NCBI GenBank assembly: GCA_045614665.1
Contig: JAZLDI010000008.1
Span: 1,084-65,083, forward strand
DNA length: 64,000 nt
Reading direction: 5' to 3'
DNA from: Candidatus Enterousia sp.
Lineage (GTDB): Bacteria; Pseudomonadota; Alphaproteobacteria; Rs-D84
The notes below the pieces were generated by a model, which was not told where the DNA came from, did no database searches, and saw only the letters and a program-made list of their open reading frames with translations. Made by a program: the position numbers and the translations under genes. How positions within the stretch are numbered: the stretch's first letter is position 1; each line of letters opens with the position of its first letter. Below are positions 18,898-27,848 of the stretch, in pieces.

Positions 18898-19464
18898 ATG
18901 AAAAAACAACCAAAAGCAACAACGAAAACACAATATTGTATAACCCACACCCCTGCCCAGCGTTTTTGGGGCATTATGGCGTTTGCGGCATTATTTATCT
19001 GTGGCGTTATGGTCGGAATGGGCATGAATAGCAATCAAAATTATGGTACAAACGTTGCTCACGCTTCTGAAAATCCGGCAACAACAGAAAATGTCACCAC
19101 AAACACAGACAAACAAACCTGCACATTAATCGAAGAATCCTTACTGGTACGTTTACCAGATGGTGATGAATTTGCATCATCATACGATCGTATCAACCGT
19201 GCAAAAATCTATGCAAATTTATCTGAACGAGGTTGTGCCGAAAACGCACAAAAATACCATGACATGGCAAAACAAGAATTAGCAATCGCACGCGCCTTGC
19301 AAGACGATGAATTTTCAGAACCAGATACAATCGAAGTCGTTGAAACATACAAACGTTTAAATATGCAAGCCGCCGCCGAAGAAATCTTTGAAACGGCAAA
19401 AAAATTAACCAACCCAACTATTGACTTTATCTTGGCGGTTGAACAAATTATTAACGAGCAGTAA
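18898..19464 (+). CDS. hypothetical membrane-anchored protein
   Basis: 188 aa with one TM helix and RBS GGAGAG. Its stop abuts the next ATG. Confidence 0.45.
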   Translation: MKKQPKATTKTQYCITHTPAQRFWGIMAFAALFICGVMVGMGMNSNQNYGTNVAHASENPATTENVTTNTDKQTCTLIEESLLVRLPDGDEFASSYDRINRAKIYANLSERGCAENAQKYHDMAKQELAIARALQDDEFSEPDTIEVVETYKRLNMQAAAEEIFETAKKLTNPTIDFILAVEQIINEQ

Positions 19465-20124
19465 ATGAAAATCTATAAACTGGCCATTGCATCGATGGTT
19501 GCGGGCTTTGCGACCGCGGCATTTGCGGCGGAAATCGCCACAACATCAAACGTTACCGAACGCAAGTCTTGTGATCAAATCGCATCTGAAATTGCGGAAC
19601 TGTCCGCAATAATCGAACCTGACACCGAAACAATTGACGCATTAACAAAACTAAAACAGCAACAGCGCAGTTTATGTCAGAAACGTGCCGGTTCTCGCGG
19701 TGTGGTGGCAAAGAATGCTCGACGCACACCGATTGCAACAACAAATTCTGAAACAAAAGAACCAGATACAGTGTTAATTACAAAAACCTGTGACACACCA
19801 GATGAAAATGGTTGTTGCCCGGATGAAATATATACAGATATGGGGGACCTGGGATTTAATTGCTGTCCGGAAATCGGCGGTGATTGTTTTCCGCCAATTG
19901 TTATCTCTGTGTCTGATACAACATCACTGGAAACTGCCCCAACCCCATCACCAGAATTATCAGACGAACAAATCAAAGACAACATTGAAGCGGGCCTGTG
20001 TGCCGACGGCAGCGCCCCGAACAAATTCGGATGCTGTGGAGACGAGATATTCAAAGATATGGGCAACACAGTGTTTGCATGTTGTCCGAAATCCGGTGGC
20101 GATTGCTTTCCACCGATTAAATAA
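19465..20124 (+). CDS. secreted cysteine-rich protein with two internal repeats
   Basis: A signal peptide ends at AFA-AE. There are two copies of GCCxDEI[YF]xDMGxxxFxCCPxxGGDCFPPI (nt 19789-19899 and 19999-20118). Confidence 0.55.
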   Translation: MKIYKLAIASMVAGFATAAFAAEIATTSNVTERKSCDQIASEIAELSAIIEPDTETIDALTKLKQQQRSLCQKRAGSRGVVAKNARRTPIATTNSETKEPDTVLITKTCDTPDENGCCPDEIYTDMGDLGFNCCPEIGGDCFPPIVISVSDTTSLETAPTPSPELSDEQIKDNIEAGLCADGSAPNKFGCCGDEIFKDMGNTVFACCPKSGGDCFPPIK

Positions 20125-20150
20125 AAAAATCCCCGTTTGGGGATTTTTTT
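20125..20150. terminator. rho-independent terminator
   Basis: The sequence is AAAAAATCCCC-GTTT-GGGGATTTTTTT. Confidence 0.8.
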
Positions 20151-20252
20151 AGGGATGTGGGTTCGGGACATCAGAAAATCATACATCTGTATCCGCATCA
20201 AATATTGTATCAAATAACAAATATTATACCACAGGCACCTATTCTCAGGTAT

Positions 20253-20651
20253 TTATTCTACGACAATTTTTCGACCATCACCATTTTGTGTTATATGAAC
20301 ATTGATTGTATTTTCCGGCAACATATGCTTTGCAATTTGTGGCCATTCTATCAGCGTAATATCATTTTCAATTGCATGCACTAATCCGATTTCAACCAAC
20401 TCGGACTCGTCCTCGACACGATATAAATCAAAATGTGAAATTCCATCATAATTTTGTACAATCGTAAATGTCGGACTGGGGACAACGGTGTCCGCCCCAC
20501 GCAGGGTTTGAATTATTGCACGTGCAATTTCAGATTTTCCCATTCCCAAGTCACCGTACAACGCAACCACACACGGTGCAGATAATGTTCTTGCAAAATC
20601 ACGTGCCCAACAACGCATTTCATCAACATTGTTTAAAATATATTCTTTCAT
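20253..20651 (-). CDS. tsaE: tRNA t6A37 biosynthesis ATPase TsaE
   Basis: 132 aa with P-loop GDLGMGKSE and the HFDLYR motif. Confidence 0.88.
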   Translation of the reverse strand: MKEYILNNVDEMRCWARDFARTLSAPCVVALYGDLGMGKSEIARAIIQTLRGADTVVPSPTFTIVQNYDGISHFDLYRVEDESELVEIGLVHAIENDITLIEWPQIAKHMLPENTINVHITQNGDGRKIVVE

Positions 20652-20654
20652 ACC

Positions 20655-22646
20655 TTACTCCACCAATAACAAATCATCTTCAAGTTTATGAATTTCATCA
20701 CGGATTTTCGCTGCCAATTCAAATTCCAGGTCCTCTGCCGCGCTACGCATTTTCTTGGTCAGTTTTGCGATTTCTTTACGCAGTGTTTCCGCATCCATAA
20801 CCCCACCAGATTTATCATATACAAATCGATGCGTTTTGTCAGTTTTTTCTTGTTGTTCCCCAACCTGTGCAAATACCGCCTTGGTCACTGTCTGTGGTAC
20901 GATTCCATGTTCCGCATTATACGTCATTTGTTTTTCACGGCGACGTGCTGTTTCATCCAATGCCGCACGCATAGAATCCGTAATTTTATCAGCATACAAA
21001 ACAACCAAACCATTTGCATTACGCGCCGCACGCCCGATTGTCTGAATCAACGAACGTGTTGAACGCAAGAAACCCTCTTTATCTGCATCCATAATCGCAA
21101 CCAATTCACATTCGGGAACATCTAACCCCTCGCGCAACAGGTTAATTCCAACCAATACATCAAATTTTCCCAAGCGTAAATCACGCAACAATTCAATACG
21201 TTCCAGTGTTTCAATATCACTGTGCAGATATTTAGCCCGCACCCCATTTTCATTCAGATAATCTGTTAACTGTTCTGCCATTTTTTTGGTAAGCGTTGTC
21301 ACCAACACACGCCCAGATGTATTTTTTATCTGGTCCAGCAAATCATCCACCTGATGCGTTGTTGGTCGCACATCACATACCGGATCCAGTAATCCCGTTG
21401 GTCTTATAACCTGTTCGGAAACAATACCACCCGATTGTTCCAATTCCCATGTGCCCGGCGTTGCCGAAACAAAAATTGTTTGTGGTCGCAACACGTCCCA
21501 CTCATCAAACGTTAATGGACGGTTATCAATACAGGCCGGCAATCTGAACCCATATTGCGACAATGTTTCTTTGCGCGCACGATCGCCACGACTCATTGCA
21601 CCAATTTGTGGAACGGTTACGTGGCTTTCATCAATAAACAGAACCGCATCTTTTGGCAAATATTCAAACAATGTCGGCGGCGGCATTCCCGGGGCACGCC
21701 CTGATAAATATCGTGAATAATTTTCAACCCCACGACACGTACCTGTATTTTCCATCATTTCTATATCGAAATTCACACGTTCTCGCAGACGTTGTTCTTC
21801 TATATACTTCATGTTTTCATGAAAGTATTCCAAGCGTTCTTTTAAATCTTTTTTAATTTCGCCAATTGCTTGCAAGACACTGGGCATTGGGGTTGCATAA
21901 TGTGTATTTGGATAAATCGCAACCCGATCCAACCTTTGTAATTTTGCCCCGGTCAATGTATCAAATTCCCATATTTCTTCAATTTCATCACCAAAGAAAG
22001 ATATTTTCCAGGCCCTGTCTTGGGCATGGGATGGGAACAAATCCAGCGTATCACCACGCACACGAAATTCACCACGCTCAAACGACATATCGTTACGTTT
22101 ATATTGAATATCAACCAATGCACGCATAGTATCTCGCATCGAAATATTATCCCCCACGCGCAAGACCAATCGCATTCCCGCATACTGTTCGGGCGACCCC
22201 ATACCATAGATAGATGATACGCTGGATACAACGATAACATCGCGTTCTTCCAGCATTGCGCGGGTTGCACTGTGTCGCATACGATCCAACTGTTCATTTA
22301 TCGATGCATCCTTATCAATATAGGTATCGGTTGTGGGCATATATGCCTCTGGCTGATAATAATCATAATAAGACACAAAATATTCCACATGATTATTTGG
22401 AAAGAACGACCGCATTTCCGTGTACAATTGCGCCGCCAGAATCTTGTTCGGTGCCATAATCAATGCCGGCCGCCCAAGTTCCGCAATAACATTTGCCATG
22501 GTAAATGTCTTGCCTGAACCGGTTACACCCAACAATACCTGGGACCGGCGACCATCATTTACACCGGACACTAATTCAGATATGGCGGTCGGTTGATCGC
22601 CCATTGGTTTGTAATTACTTTCAAGATTAAATATTTTTTTGTTCAC
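20655..22646 (-). CDS. uvrB: excinuclease ABC subunit B
   Basis: 663 aa. It has [10 protein letters not shown], the DESH box, helicase motifs and a C-terminal UVR domain. Confidence 0.97.
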   Translation of the reverse strand: MNKKIFNLESNYKPMGDQPTAISELVSGVNDGRRSQVLLGVTGSGKTFTMANVIAELGRPALIMAPNKILAAQLYTEMRSFFPNNHVEYFVSYYDYYQPEAYMPTTDTYIDKDASINEQLDRMRHSATRAMLEERDVIVVSSVSSIYGMGSPEQYAGMRLVLRVGDNISMRDTMRALVDIQYKRNDMSFERGEFRVRGDTLDLFPSHAQDRAWKISFFGDEIEEIWEFDTLTGAKLQRLDRVAIYPNTHYATPMPSVLQAIGEIKKDLKERLEYFHENMKYIEEQRLRERVNFDIEMMENTGTCRGVENYSRYLSGRAPGMPPPTLFEYLPKDAVLFIDESHVTVPQIGAMSRGDRARKETLSQYGFRLPACIDNRPLTFDEWDVLRPQTIFVSATPGTWELEQSGGIVSEQVIRPTGLLDPVCDVRPTTHQVDDLLDQIKNTSGRVLVTTLTKKMAEQLTDYLNENGVRAKYLHSDIETLERIELLRDLRLGKFDVLVGINLLREGLDVPECELVAIMDADKEGFLRSTRSLIQTIGRAARNANGLVVLYADKITDSMRAALDETARRREKQMTYNAEHGIVPQTVTKAVFAQVGEQQEKTDKTHRFVYDKSGGVMDAETLRKEIAKLTKKMRSAAEDLEFELAAKIRDEIHKLEDDLLLVE

Positions 22647-22692
22647 AACACTTAGTATAATTCATTATAATCAAAATACAAGGGACGAGAGA

Positions 22693-25167
22693 ATGGCTTT
22701 AAAACCCAGACACAAACGCAGAATTATTTGGTCGATTATATCAATAATCGCCGCTGTTGTGTTGGCCTTTATCATTGTACCATCAATGATAACATTAAAT
22801 AAATTCAAACCTATGATAGAACGGGCAATTGCAAATCAAACAAATGTTGAGGCAATTCTGGATGGTGATATACATTTTAGTTTATTGTCCGGTGCAAAGA
22901 TTGTTGCACACGACGTACACGTACCCACGGCCAAAATTGGTTCTGTTATGATATCGATCCCGTTCAGCACTCTGTTTAACCTGAACAATCCTGAAATTCA
23001 ACCATCCGTTACCGTATATGATGCGGATATAAATATTCCAAAATTAGCCCCGGCAAACTTCAATCATACTGTAAACATTTTTGATTCAGACATACACTTT
23101 ATGGGACGTGATTTTCACATAATAAGCGCAAAAATGCAGGACAATAAATTCAACGGAATTATTCGAACAAAAAACCATAAATATGATGTTGAATTTTCCG
23201 GCAATACATTTCATATAACTAATAAAAATAATGACTTGGATATTGTTGGACAGTTCTTTGATAACGGTACAATGCGTGGTCACATGTCTTTTAAAACAGA
23301 TAATTTAAACAGTTGGCTGGATATCGAACAACCAAAATTATCAATTGATTCTGATGTCACATTAAACTTTGAATGGGATGGTGGCAACGGATTTAAATAT
23401 ACAAATATTCGTGCAGGCACCATAACAGGAAACATAGAAACAAAACCAAATGGAATAAAATTCATTCAATTAAAATCAGATAACATCAATTATGATTTTT
23501 CAAACATTTTGGATTTCGGAAACGCATTGACAAACACACAATACGACTTGGATTTTTATGGTAACTTAAAATTTATGAACCATACGTTCAAGCATGTTCG
23601 TATAAATATAATTGCTGTAAATAATTCAATCCAAATAACAAACATTGTCGCGGACGATATTGCAATAACTGGTGGTCATATTGATTCATCTGGGGCACAC
23701 GACATCTTGGTTACAATGCCATTTGACGGGATAGATTCAACATGCCTATTTTCGGGCACCCCATCCAATTGGAAATGCGCACCATATTCGTATGGCGACA
23801 TAACAGGGGATGTTTCTGTGAATAACAATTCATTTGATATGACAATTAAATCTGATAAAAAAATGCCAAAATCCGGAATATTCAACGAACGCATAAAAAG
23901 ACTTGGCGCCCATGGAAAAATTAGTTTCGATTTCTCAGATGTCGCCGGCACATATCATATTACACCTGAAAATATAGAGCCAGAATTCAAGTTTGCAAGA
24001 AACAAAACTTTACAATGGGCAAACGTAACCCTGCCCTTTTTACCAGATTTTATGAACCGTGATATTGGTGATTTCACTTGGTTCGGAAAAGTTATGAAAT
24101 TTATCCCCCATAACAAAAAATGGCAAATTCAGATTGATGGTAAAAAATTTACACTAAGTGGCACATCGTCACATACTTGGGTACCAAATCTGGACTTGCG
24201 TGCAATTAACGATATGCCGTACACAATATCAGGTATATATGACAATGGAAAAATTTCAGATTTTACCCTGGATTTATCAGGAACAATATTTTCTGGATCT
24301 ATCAATGGAAACAATATAACCATTCACACAGATTTATTAAATCTGGACAAATTTATATCTGATGAATTTATTGCACGCTATGATGAATTAGAATTTTTAA
24401 CAAACGCGCCGATTTTAATTCCATTTGATATTAACGCAAATATATCCTTGTCTGCGGATAAAATTATTTACAACAATATAGAATATGCAAACTTTGCTTA
24501 TTCGTTAAAGAATAACGCAATAGTATTTTCGATCACAGATAATGCACGCGGAAACGTACTTGTAACCATTGAAAAAGATAAAAACAATTACGACATATTT
24601 GCGCAAATGAATAAATTTGTAATCAATGGCGAATTGCTTAGTAAAAATATGCCATTAAACCTGCGCGATACAATGATAACGGCTGAAATTCATATGAAAA
24701 CATCTGGCCAAATTGCACACGACATCTGGTACAATATGGCGGGCGAAATGGACTTGTCATTCGATGGTGGAACTATTATAGGGTTGGGACTGGATGGTTT
24801 TTACGCATCTGCCAAAGATCTAGGTAAATTAAATATGGAATTCGCCTTATCACGTGCTTTAAACGGTGGCGAAACCAAATTAAAAAATTTACATATTGTC
24901 GGCCAATATGAAAATGGTAACTTTATCACCACTGAACCGATGTCTATATCTATGCGACATGTTAATGGTATTGGAACGATAGAATTAGAAAACGGCGAAA
25001 TGTATACAACATTAGATTTGACAATGCGTGGCACATCCCCATCAGCAACCACAATACAATTAGATATAATGCCAGATGGCACACGCCGTTATTCACTGTC
25101 TGAAATTTTGATAAATTTTGACGGAGACTATCTGCGTGAATTTATCAAGACACATGATAAATTCTAG
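22693..25167 (+). CDS. AsmA-family outer membrane biogenesis protein
   Basis: About 824 aa, with an N-terminal TM anchor followed by a long beta-rich repetitive body. The start is chosen at the ATG behind RBS GGGACGAGAG. Confidence 0.6.
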   Translation: MALKPRHKRRIIWSIISIIAAVVLAFIIVPSMITLNKFKPMIERAIANQTNVEAILDGDIHFSLLSGAKIVAHDVHVPTAKIGSVMISIPFSTLFNLNNPEIQPSVTVYDADINIPKLAPANFNHTVNIFDSDIHFMGRDFHIISAKMQDNKFNGIIRTKNHKYDVEFSGNTFHITNKNNDLDIVGQFFDNGTMRGHMSFKTDNLNSWLDIEQPKLSIDSDVTLNFEWDGGNGFKYTNIRAGTITGNIETKPNGIKFIQLKSDNINYDFSNILDFGNALTNTQYDLDFYGNLKFMNHTFKHVRINIIAVNNSIQITNIVADDIAITGGHIDSSGAHDILVTMPFDGIDSTCLFSGTPSNWKCAPYSYGDITGDVSVNNNSFDMTIKSDKKMPKSGIFNERIKRLGAHGKISFDFSDVAGTYHITPENIEPEFKFARNKTLQWANVTLPFLPDFMNRDIGDFTWFGKVMKFIPHNKKWQIQIDGKKFTLSGTSSHTWVPNLDLRAINDMPYTISGIYDNGKISDFTLDLSGTIFSGSINGNNITIHTDLLNLDKFISDEFIARYDELEFLTNAPILIPFDINANISLSADKIIYNNIEYANFAYSLKNNAIVFSITDNARGNVLVTIEKDKNNYDIFAQMNKFVINGELLSKNMPLNLRDTMITAEIHMKTSGQIAHDIWYNMAGEMDLSFDGGTIIGLGLDGFYASAKDLGKLNMEFALSRALNGGETKLKNLHIVGQYENGNFITTEPMSISMRHVNGIGTIELENGEMYTTLDLTMRGTSPSATTIQLDIMPDGTRRYSLSEILINFDGDYLREFIKTHDKF

Positions 25168-25514
25168 TCTGCGATTCCACGCAAAAACGCATTACGTGAA
25201 ATACCGCGTCCCATCGCATCTGCATAATATACAAAACGTCCAAGTTTAATTCGATAAAATCCGTTTTTATAAAATTTAATATTACGCTTGTTTTTTACCA
25301 GTATTTTGTTTTGTCCAATTAAATCTGCACGCACGCCGTAAAATAATTTAATAACCCAGTCGATAAATCCGCGGGACATATATGGCACATAAATTACGCC
25401 ACCCCTTTTTATTACGCGTCCCATATTATATTCGTTACTGTTTTTATTCAACATTTCTGATTGATATTGTGTCAATCGTAACGAATAAGACAAGTTATCA
25501 ATATAATTGTGCAT
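25164..25514 (-). CDS. hypothetical basic protein
   Basis: 116 aa. It shares a palindromic CTAG stop overlap with convergent asmA. No recognisable motif was seen. Confidence 0.35.
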   Translation of the reverse strand: MHNYIDNLSYSLRLTQYQSEMLNKNSNEYNMGRVIKRGGVIYVPYMSRGFIDWVIKLFYGVRADLIGQNKILVKNKRNIKFYKNGFYRIKLGRFVYYADAMGRGISRNAFLRGIAD

Positions 25515-25583
25515 GTAAAACTCTCCTGTGATGAATTATATTTATTTTTGCCAACATTCCCACAGGTATGAATTCCTTATCAT

Positions 25584-25610
25584 AAAAAATCCCCCAACTG
25601 GGGGATTTTT
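25584..25610. terminator. rho-independent terminator after the 186-aa gene
   Basis: The sequence is AAAAAATCCCCC-AACT-GGGGGATTTTT. Confidence 0.8.
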
Positions 25611-26169
25611 ATTCTATACAACAATTAACCGCATTTTTAACCCAGGCTTTTAATTTGCCCATTCCACCGGATTTTGGTGTGGGTTCGACGGATTGTTTTG
25701 CAACTTCTTGTTTTGTTTCATTGACCACCTTTGTGGATGGTTTTGATTTTTGTGCCTCACCACCAAGCATTCCCATATTCAACCCCCAGAACATACAATA
25801 CAATCCATATGATTGATCGAATAAATCATATGCGGTGTCTTTGTCACCCGCGGCCAGTGCCTTGGTACCAACTTCGAATACTCGCATTGATGCCGCCAAC
25901 AGATGTTTGGATATACACCACACTTCACCTTCATAAGATGGGATGATTTTAAGCATTGCGTTTTTGCGCATTTCACGTACCTGGTTAATCAAATCATAGT
26001 ATTCGTGTTTACCTGTTTTTGCGCCCGAAAACATCAAATGTTCTTCAATTGAAATCAGGTTCATGATGGCAATTGTCAAATCCTGATCGGACGATAAATC
26101 CTTTGGGTTAACCTTTTTTGCGGCATCCAGTTTTTCAACAAATTCTTGAACGGATTCTATTTTTTTCAT
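25609..26169 (-). CDS. hypothetical protein (C-terminal CC-I-E)
   Basis: 186 aa with RBS AAGGGGA. It lies 15 nt downstream of the preceding membrane-protein gene. Confidence 0.45.
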   Translation of the reverse strand: MKKIESVQEFVEKLDAAKKVNPKDLSSDQDLTIAIMNLISIEEHLMFSGAKTGKHEYYDLINQVREMRKNAMLKIIPSYEGEVWCISKHLLAASMRVFEVGTKALAAGDKDTAYDLFDQSYGLYCMFWGLNMGMLGGEAQKSKPSTKVVNETKQEVAKQSVEPTPKSGGMGKLKAWVKNAVNCCIE

Positions 26170-26184
26170 CGATTTCCCCTTAAT

Positions 26185-26682
26185 TTAAAAACAAATCATC
26201 ATCAACCAACTGGCCAGTAACAAAGCAACCAATGGCAATACCACCTTTTCAAATGGAAAGTGTGCATGTCCACCATTTCGTGTTTTCATCCATTGATACA
26301 GTTTTCCAGTACCGATAAATATTAACGCACCACATATTGTACCAAACAAAACCGGATCCATTGTGAACATTCCACAAATTGATGTTGGTGCATATTCTAC
26401 CGCACCCATATAAACAAACCCAATCATTGCAACAGATGCCAGAATAACAATTGTGTCACGACCGCGGAAATGCCAATTTTTTTTATCCATAAATTTCAGT
26501 GTCCAATAACCAACCAATGTCAATAACGCACCCGCCCACAGGCCAACAATGCTGTCCGGCACCCCCATACGACGTGCAATATCCAACCCCGCACCAACCG
26601 CAATTGTGCATACGGGACACGCCGGATTCGCCAGTGCACCAAACGGTAAAAATGCAAACAAAGTTGCAATTAATTTACGCAT
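26185..26682 (-). CDS. hypothetical polytopic membrane protein with CPVC motif
   Basis: The start is chosen at the ATG behind RBS AAGGGGA. It has a signal or TM segment, NPACPVCT, and about 4 TM helices. Confidence 0.45.
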   Translation of the reverse strand: MRKLIATLFAFLPFGALANPACPVCTIAVGAGLDIARRMGVPDSIVGLWAGALLTLVGYWTLKFMDKKNWHFRGRDTIVILASVAMIGFVYMGAVEYAPTSICGMFTMDPVLFGTICGALIFIGTGKLYQWMKTRNGGHAHFPFEKVVLPLVALLLASWLMMICF

Positions 26683-26711
26683 AAAAATCCCCTTTCGCAT
26701 ATATCGTGTAC

Positions 26712-26740
26712 ATATTAGAGAATATCTAAAAAAAAGTCAA
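26712..26740 (-). promoter_or_regulatory. sigma70-like promoter for the 26682 operon
   Basis: On the minus strand the sequence is TTGACT, a 17-nt spacer, then TAATAT. Confidence 0.5.
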
Positions 26741-26749
26741 CTGTACAAG

Positions 26750-26905
26750 AATGGGGTACAGCGGAGGGATTGATTCCGCTGTGCTTCATTCCCCTGGGCA
26801 AATCCCCCTTCGTTAAAACTTCGGGGGACCAGCATCCGCCCGTCTGCCTTTTGCCTGCGGGTCGGACCCCCAACTGGGTGTCCATCACCACCCCGACGCA
26901 CAGAA
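26750..26905. other. GC-rich structured intergenic element containing a split copy of the adjacent tRNA T-arm/acceptor
   Basis: It is visibly GC-rich relative to its surroundings. CAGCGGAGGGATT (26759-26771) equals tRNA positions 26951-26963. TCGGACCCCC (26862-26871) equals tRNA positions 26963-26972. Hairpin CAGCGGA/TCCGCTG is present. Confidence 0.4.
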
Positions 26906-26906
26906 T

Positions 26907-26934
26907 AAAAAAAAAAAACGACCCATCGGGTCGT
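26907..26934 (-). terminator. rho-independent terminator after tRNA(CAT)
   Basis: On the minus strand the sequence is ACGACCC-GAT-GGGTCGT followed by T12. Confidence 0.8.
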
Positions 26935-26944
26935 GTGTTTATTC

Positions 26945-27019
26945 TGGTAGCAGCGGAGGGATTCGGACCCCCGACCAAAGGATTATGATTCCTCTGCTCT
27001 ACCACTGAGCTACGCTGCC
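26945..27019 (-). tRNA. tRNA with CAT anticodon (elongator Met or Ile2/lysidine type)
   Basis: 75-nt cloverleaf with G1:U72 and anticodon loop ATCATAA. The variable loop TGGTC is Ile2-like. The T-arm is GGGGG-TCCGAAT-CCCTC, with C at position 55. CCA is encoded. Confidence 0.85.
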
Positions 27020-27128
27020 AAGCGAAGTGCATTATAACAGACTTTTTTCGGATTGCAAGTGACAATTTTTACTGGGATTTTGTTCGTGTTTACAATATTT
27101 GGTCTTTTTTATAAATTGTATATGTGTC

Positions 27129-27692
27129 ATGAAATATCTCATCTGTATTTTTGTTGGTATTTTTATCACGACAAATGTCGCACGGGCCGAATGCATAAAT
27201 CCGTTCTTGAACGGATATCAAAATCAAGTCGCTTTGAATGTTGGAACTGGGGTAAATGATGGCTTCTTAATCCCGTCCCCGTCCGAGTTTGTACCGTTTA
27301 ATATCTTGCATTTGCAATATTCACAAAATATGACTTTTTTTGGTATCCAGGCACGTAAATCACTAAATGTTATTCAAACAATAGGTTGGGGTAAAAAGTA
27401 TGGGTGGAATTGGGAAAAATATACAATTCCAATCGCAATGCTTAGTATAGATGTGTCGCCATTTTATGGGGATGATTGGTATACATTTATTGGTGTTGGT
27501 TCTGGATTCCAGGCACAGCAAAATAAACGTATTGGCTCAAAATTGATTTTTAGTTTTAAACTGGGGCTGGGGTACAGATTATCTGAATGCACATCGATTG
27601 AGGTTTTTGCACATCATTTTTCAAATGGAAATACTGCGCCTGAAAATAATTCTTATGCATTCTATGGTGCAGGGTTAACATACAGTTTTTAA
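27129..27692 (+). CDS. acyloxyacyl hydrolase / lipid A 3-O-deacylase (PagL-like) outer membrane protein
   Basis: It has a signal peptide and a small beta-barrel. The C-terminal HHFSNGN motif (His-x-Ser-Asn-Gly) is typical of the PagL family, and the last residue is F. Confidence 0.6.
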   Translation: MKYLICIFVGIFITTNVARAECINPFLNGYQNQVALNVGTGVNDGFLIPSPSEFVPFNILHLQYSQNMTFFGIQARKSLNVIQTIGWGKKYGWNWEKYTIPIAMLSIDVSPFYGDDWYTFIGVGSGFQAQQNKRIGSKLIFSFKLGLGYRLSECTSIEVFAHHFSNGNTAPENNSYAFYGAGLTYSF

Positions 27693-27702
27693 AAGAATTT
27701 TA

Positions 27703-27730
27703 TTGCAAAAAATATTTATCAAATTATAAT
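27703..27730 (+). promoter_or_regulatory. sigma70-like promoter of the aspS leader
   Basis: The sequence is TTGCAA, a 16-nt spacer, then TATAAT. Confidence 0.55.
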
Positions 27731-27750
27731 CTGTGTCAGAATTTTGTGTG

Positions 27751-27848
27751 TGAATGCGATGACGTGACTGACAACCATTGAGCATTCATAGACATTAGTA
27801 AAGTTATAAGCCAGGGTGGCACCGCGCTGAAAAATCTTAGCGCCCCTG
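27751..27848 (+). promoter_or_regulatory. T-box-like riboswitch (short Stem I with Asp codons plus canonical T-box antiterminator)
   Basis: AAGCCAGGGTGGCACCGCG lies at 27808-27826. Helix A1 is CAGGG/CCCTG, the 7-nt bulge is TGGCACC, and helix A2 is GCGC/GCGC. Upstream stem TGAATGC/GCATTCA closes a loop holding GAT, GAC, GAC and GAC-A. Confidence 0.6.

Noticed and set aside
26750-26905. Identifying the GC-rich element beside tRNA(CAT) as tmRNA (including the permuted alphaproteobacterial form), SRP/4.5S RNA, 6S RNA or RNase P RNA.
   Set aside because: No ANDN-type tag reading frame ending in a hydrophobic-AA stop is present. No intact T-arm plus acceptor-CCA is present. The SRP GGAA tetraloop with AGCA symmetric-loop motif is absent. 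The element is too short for RNase P. On the minus strand it lies directly behind a T12 terminator with no room for a promoter.
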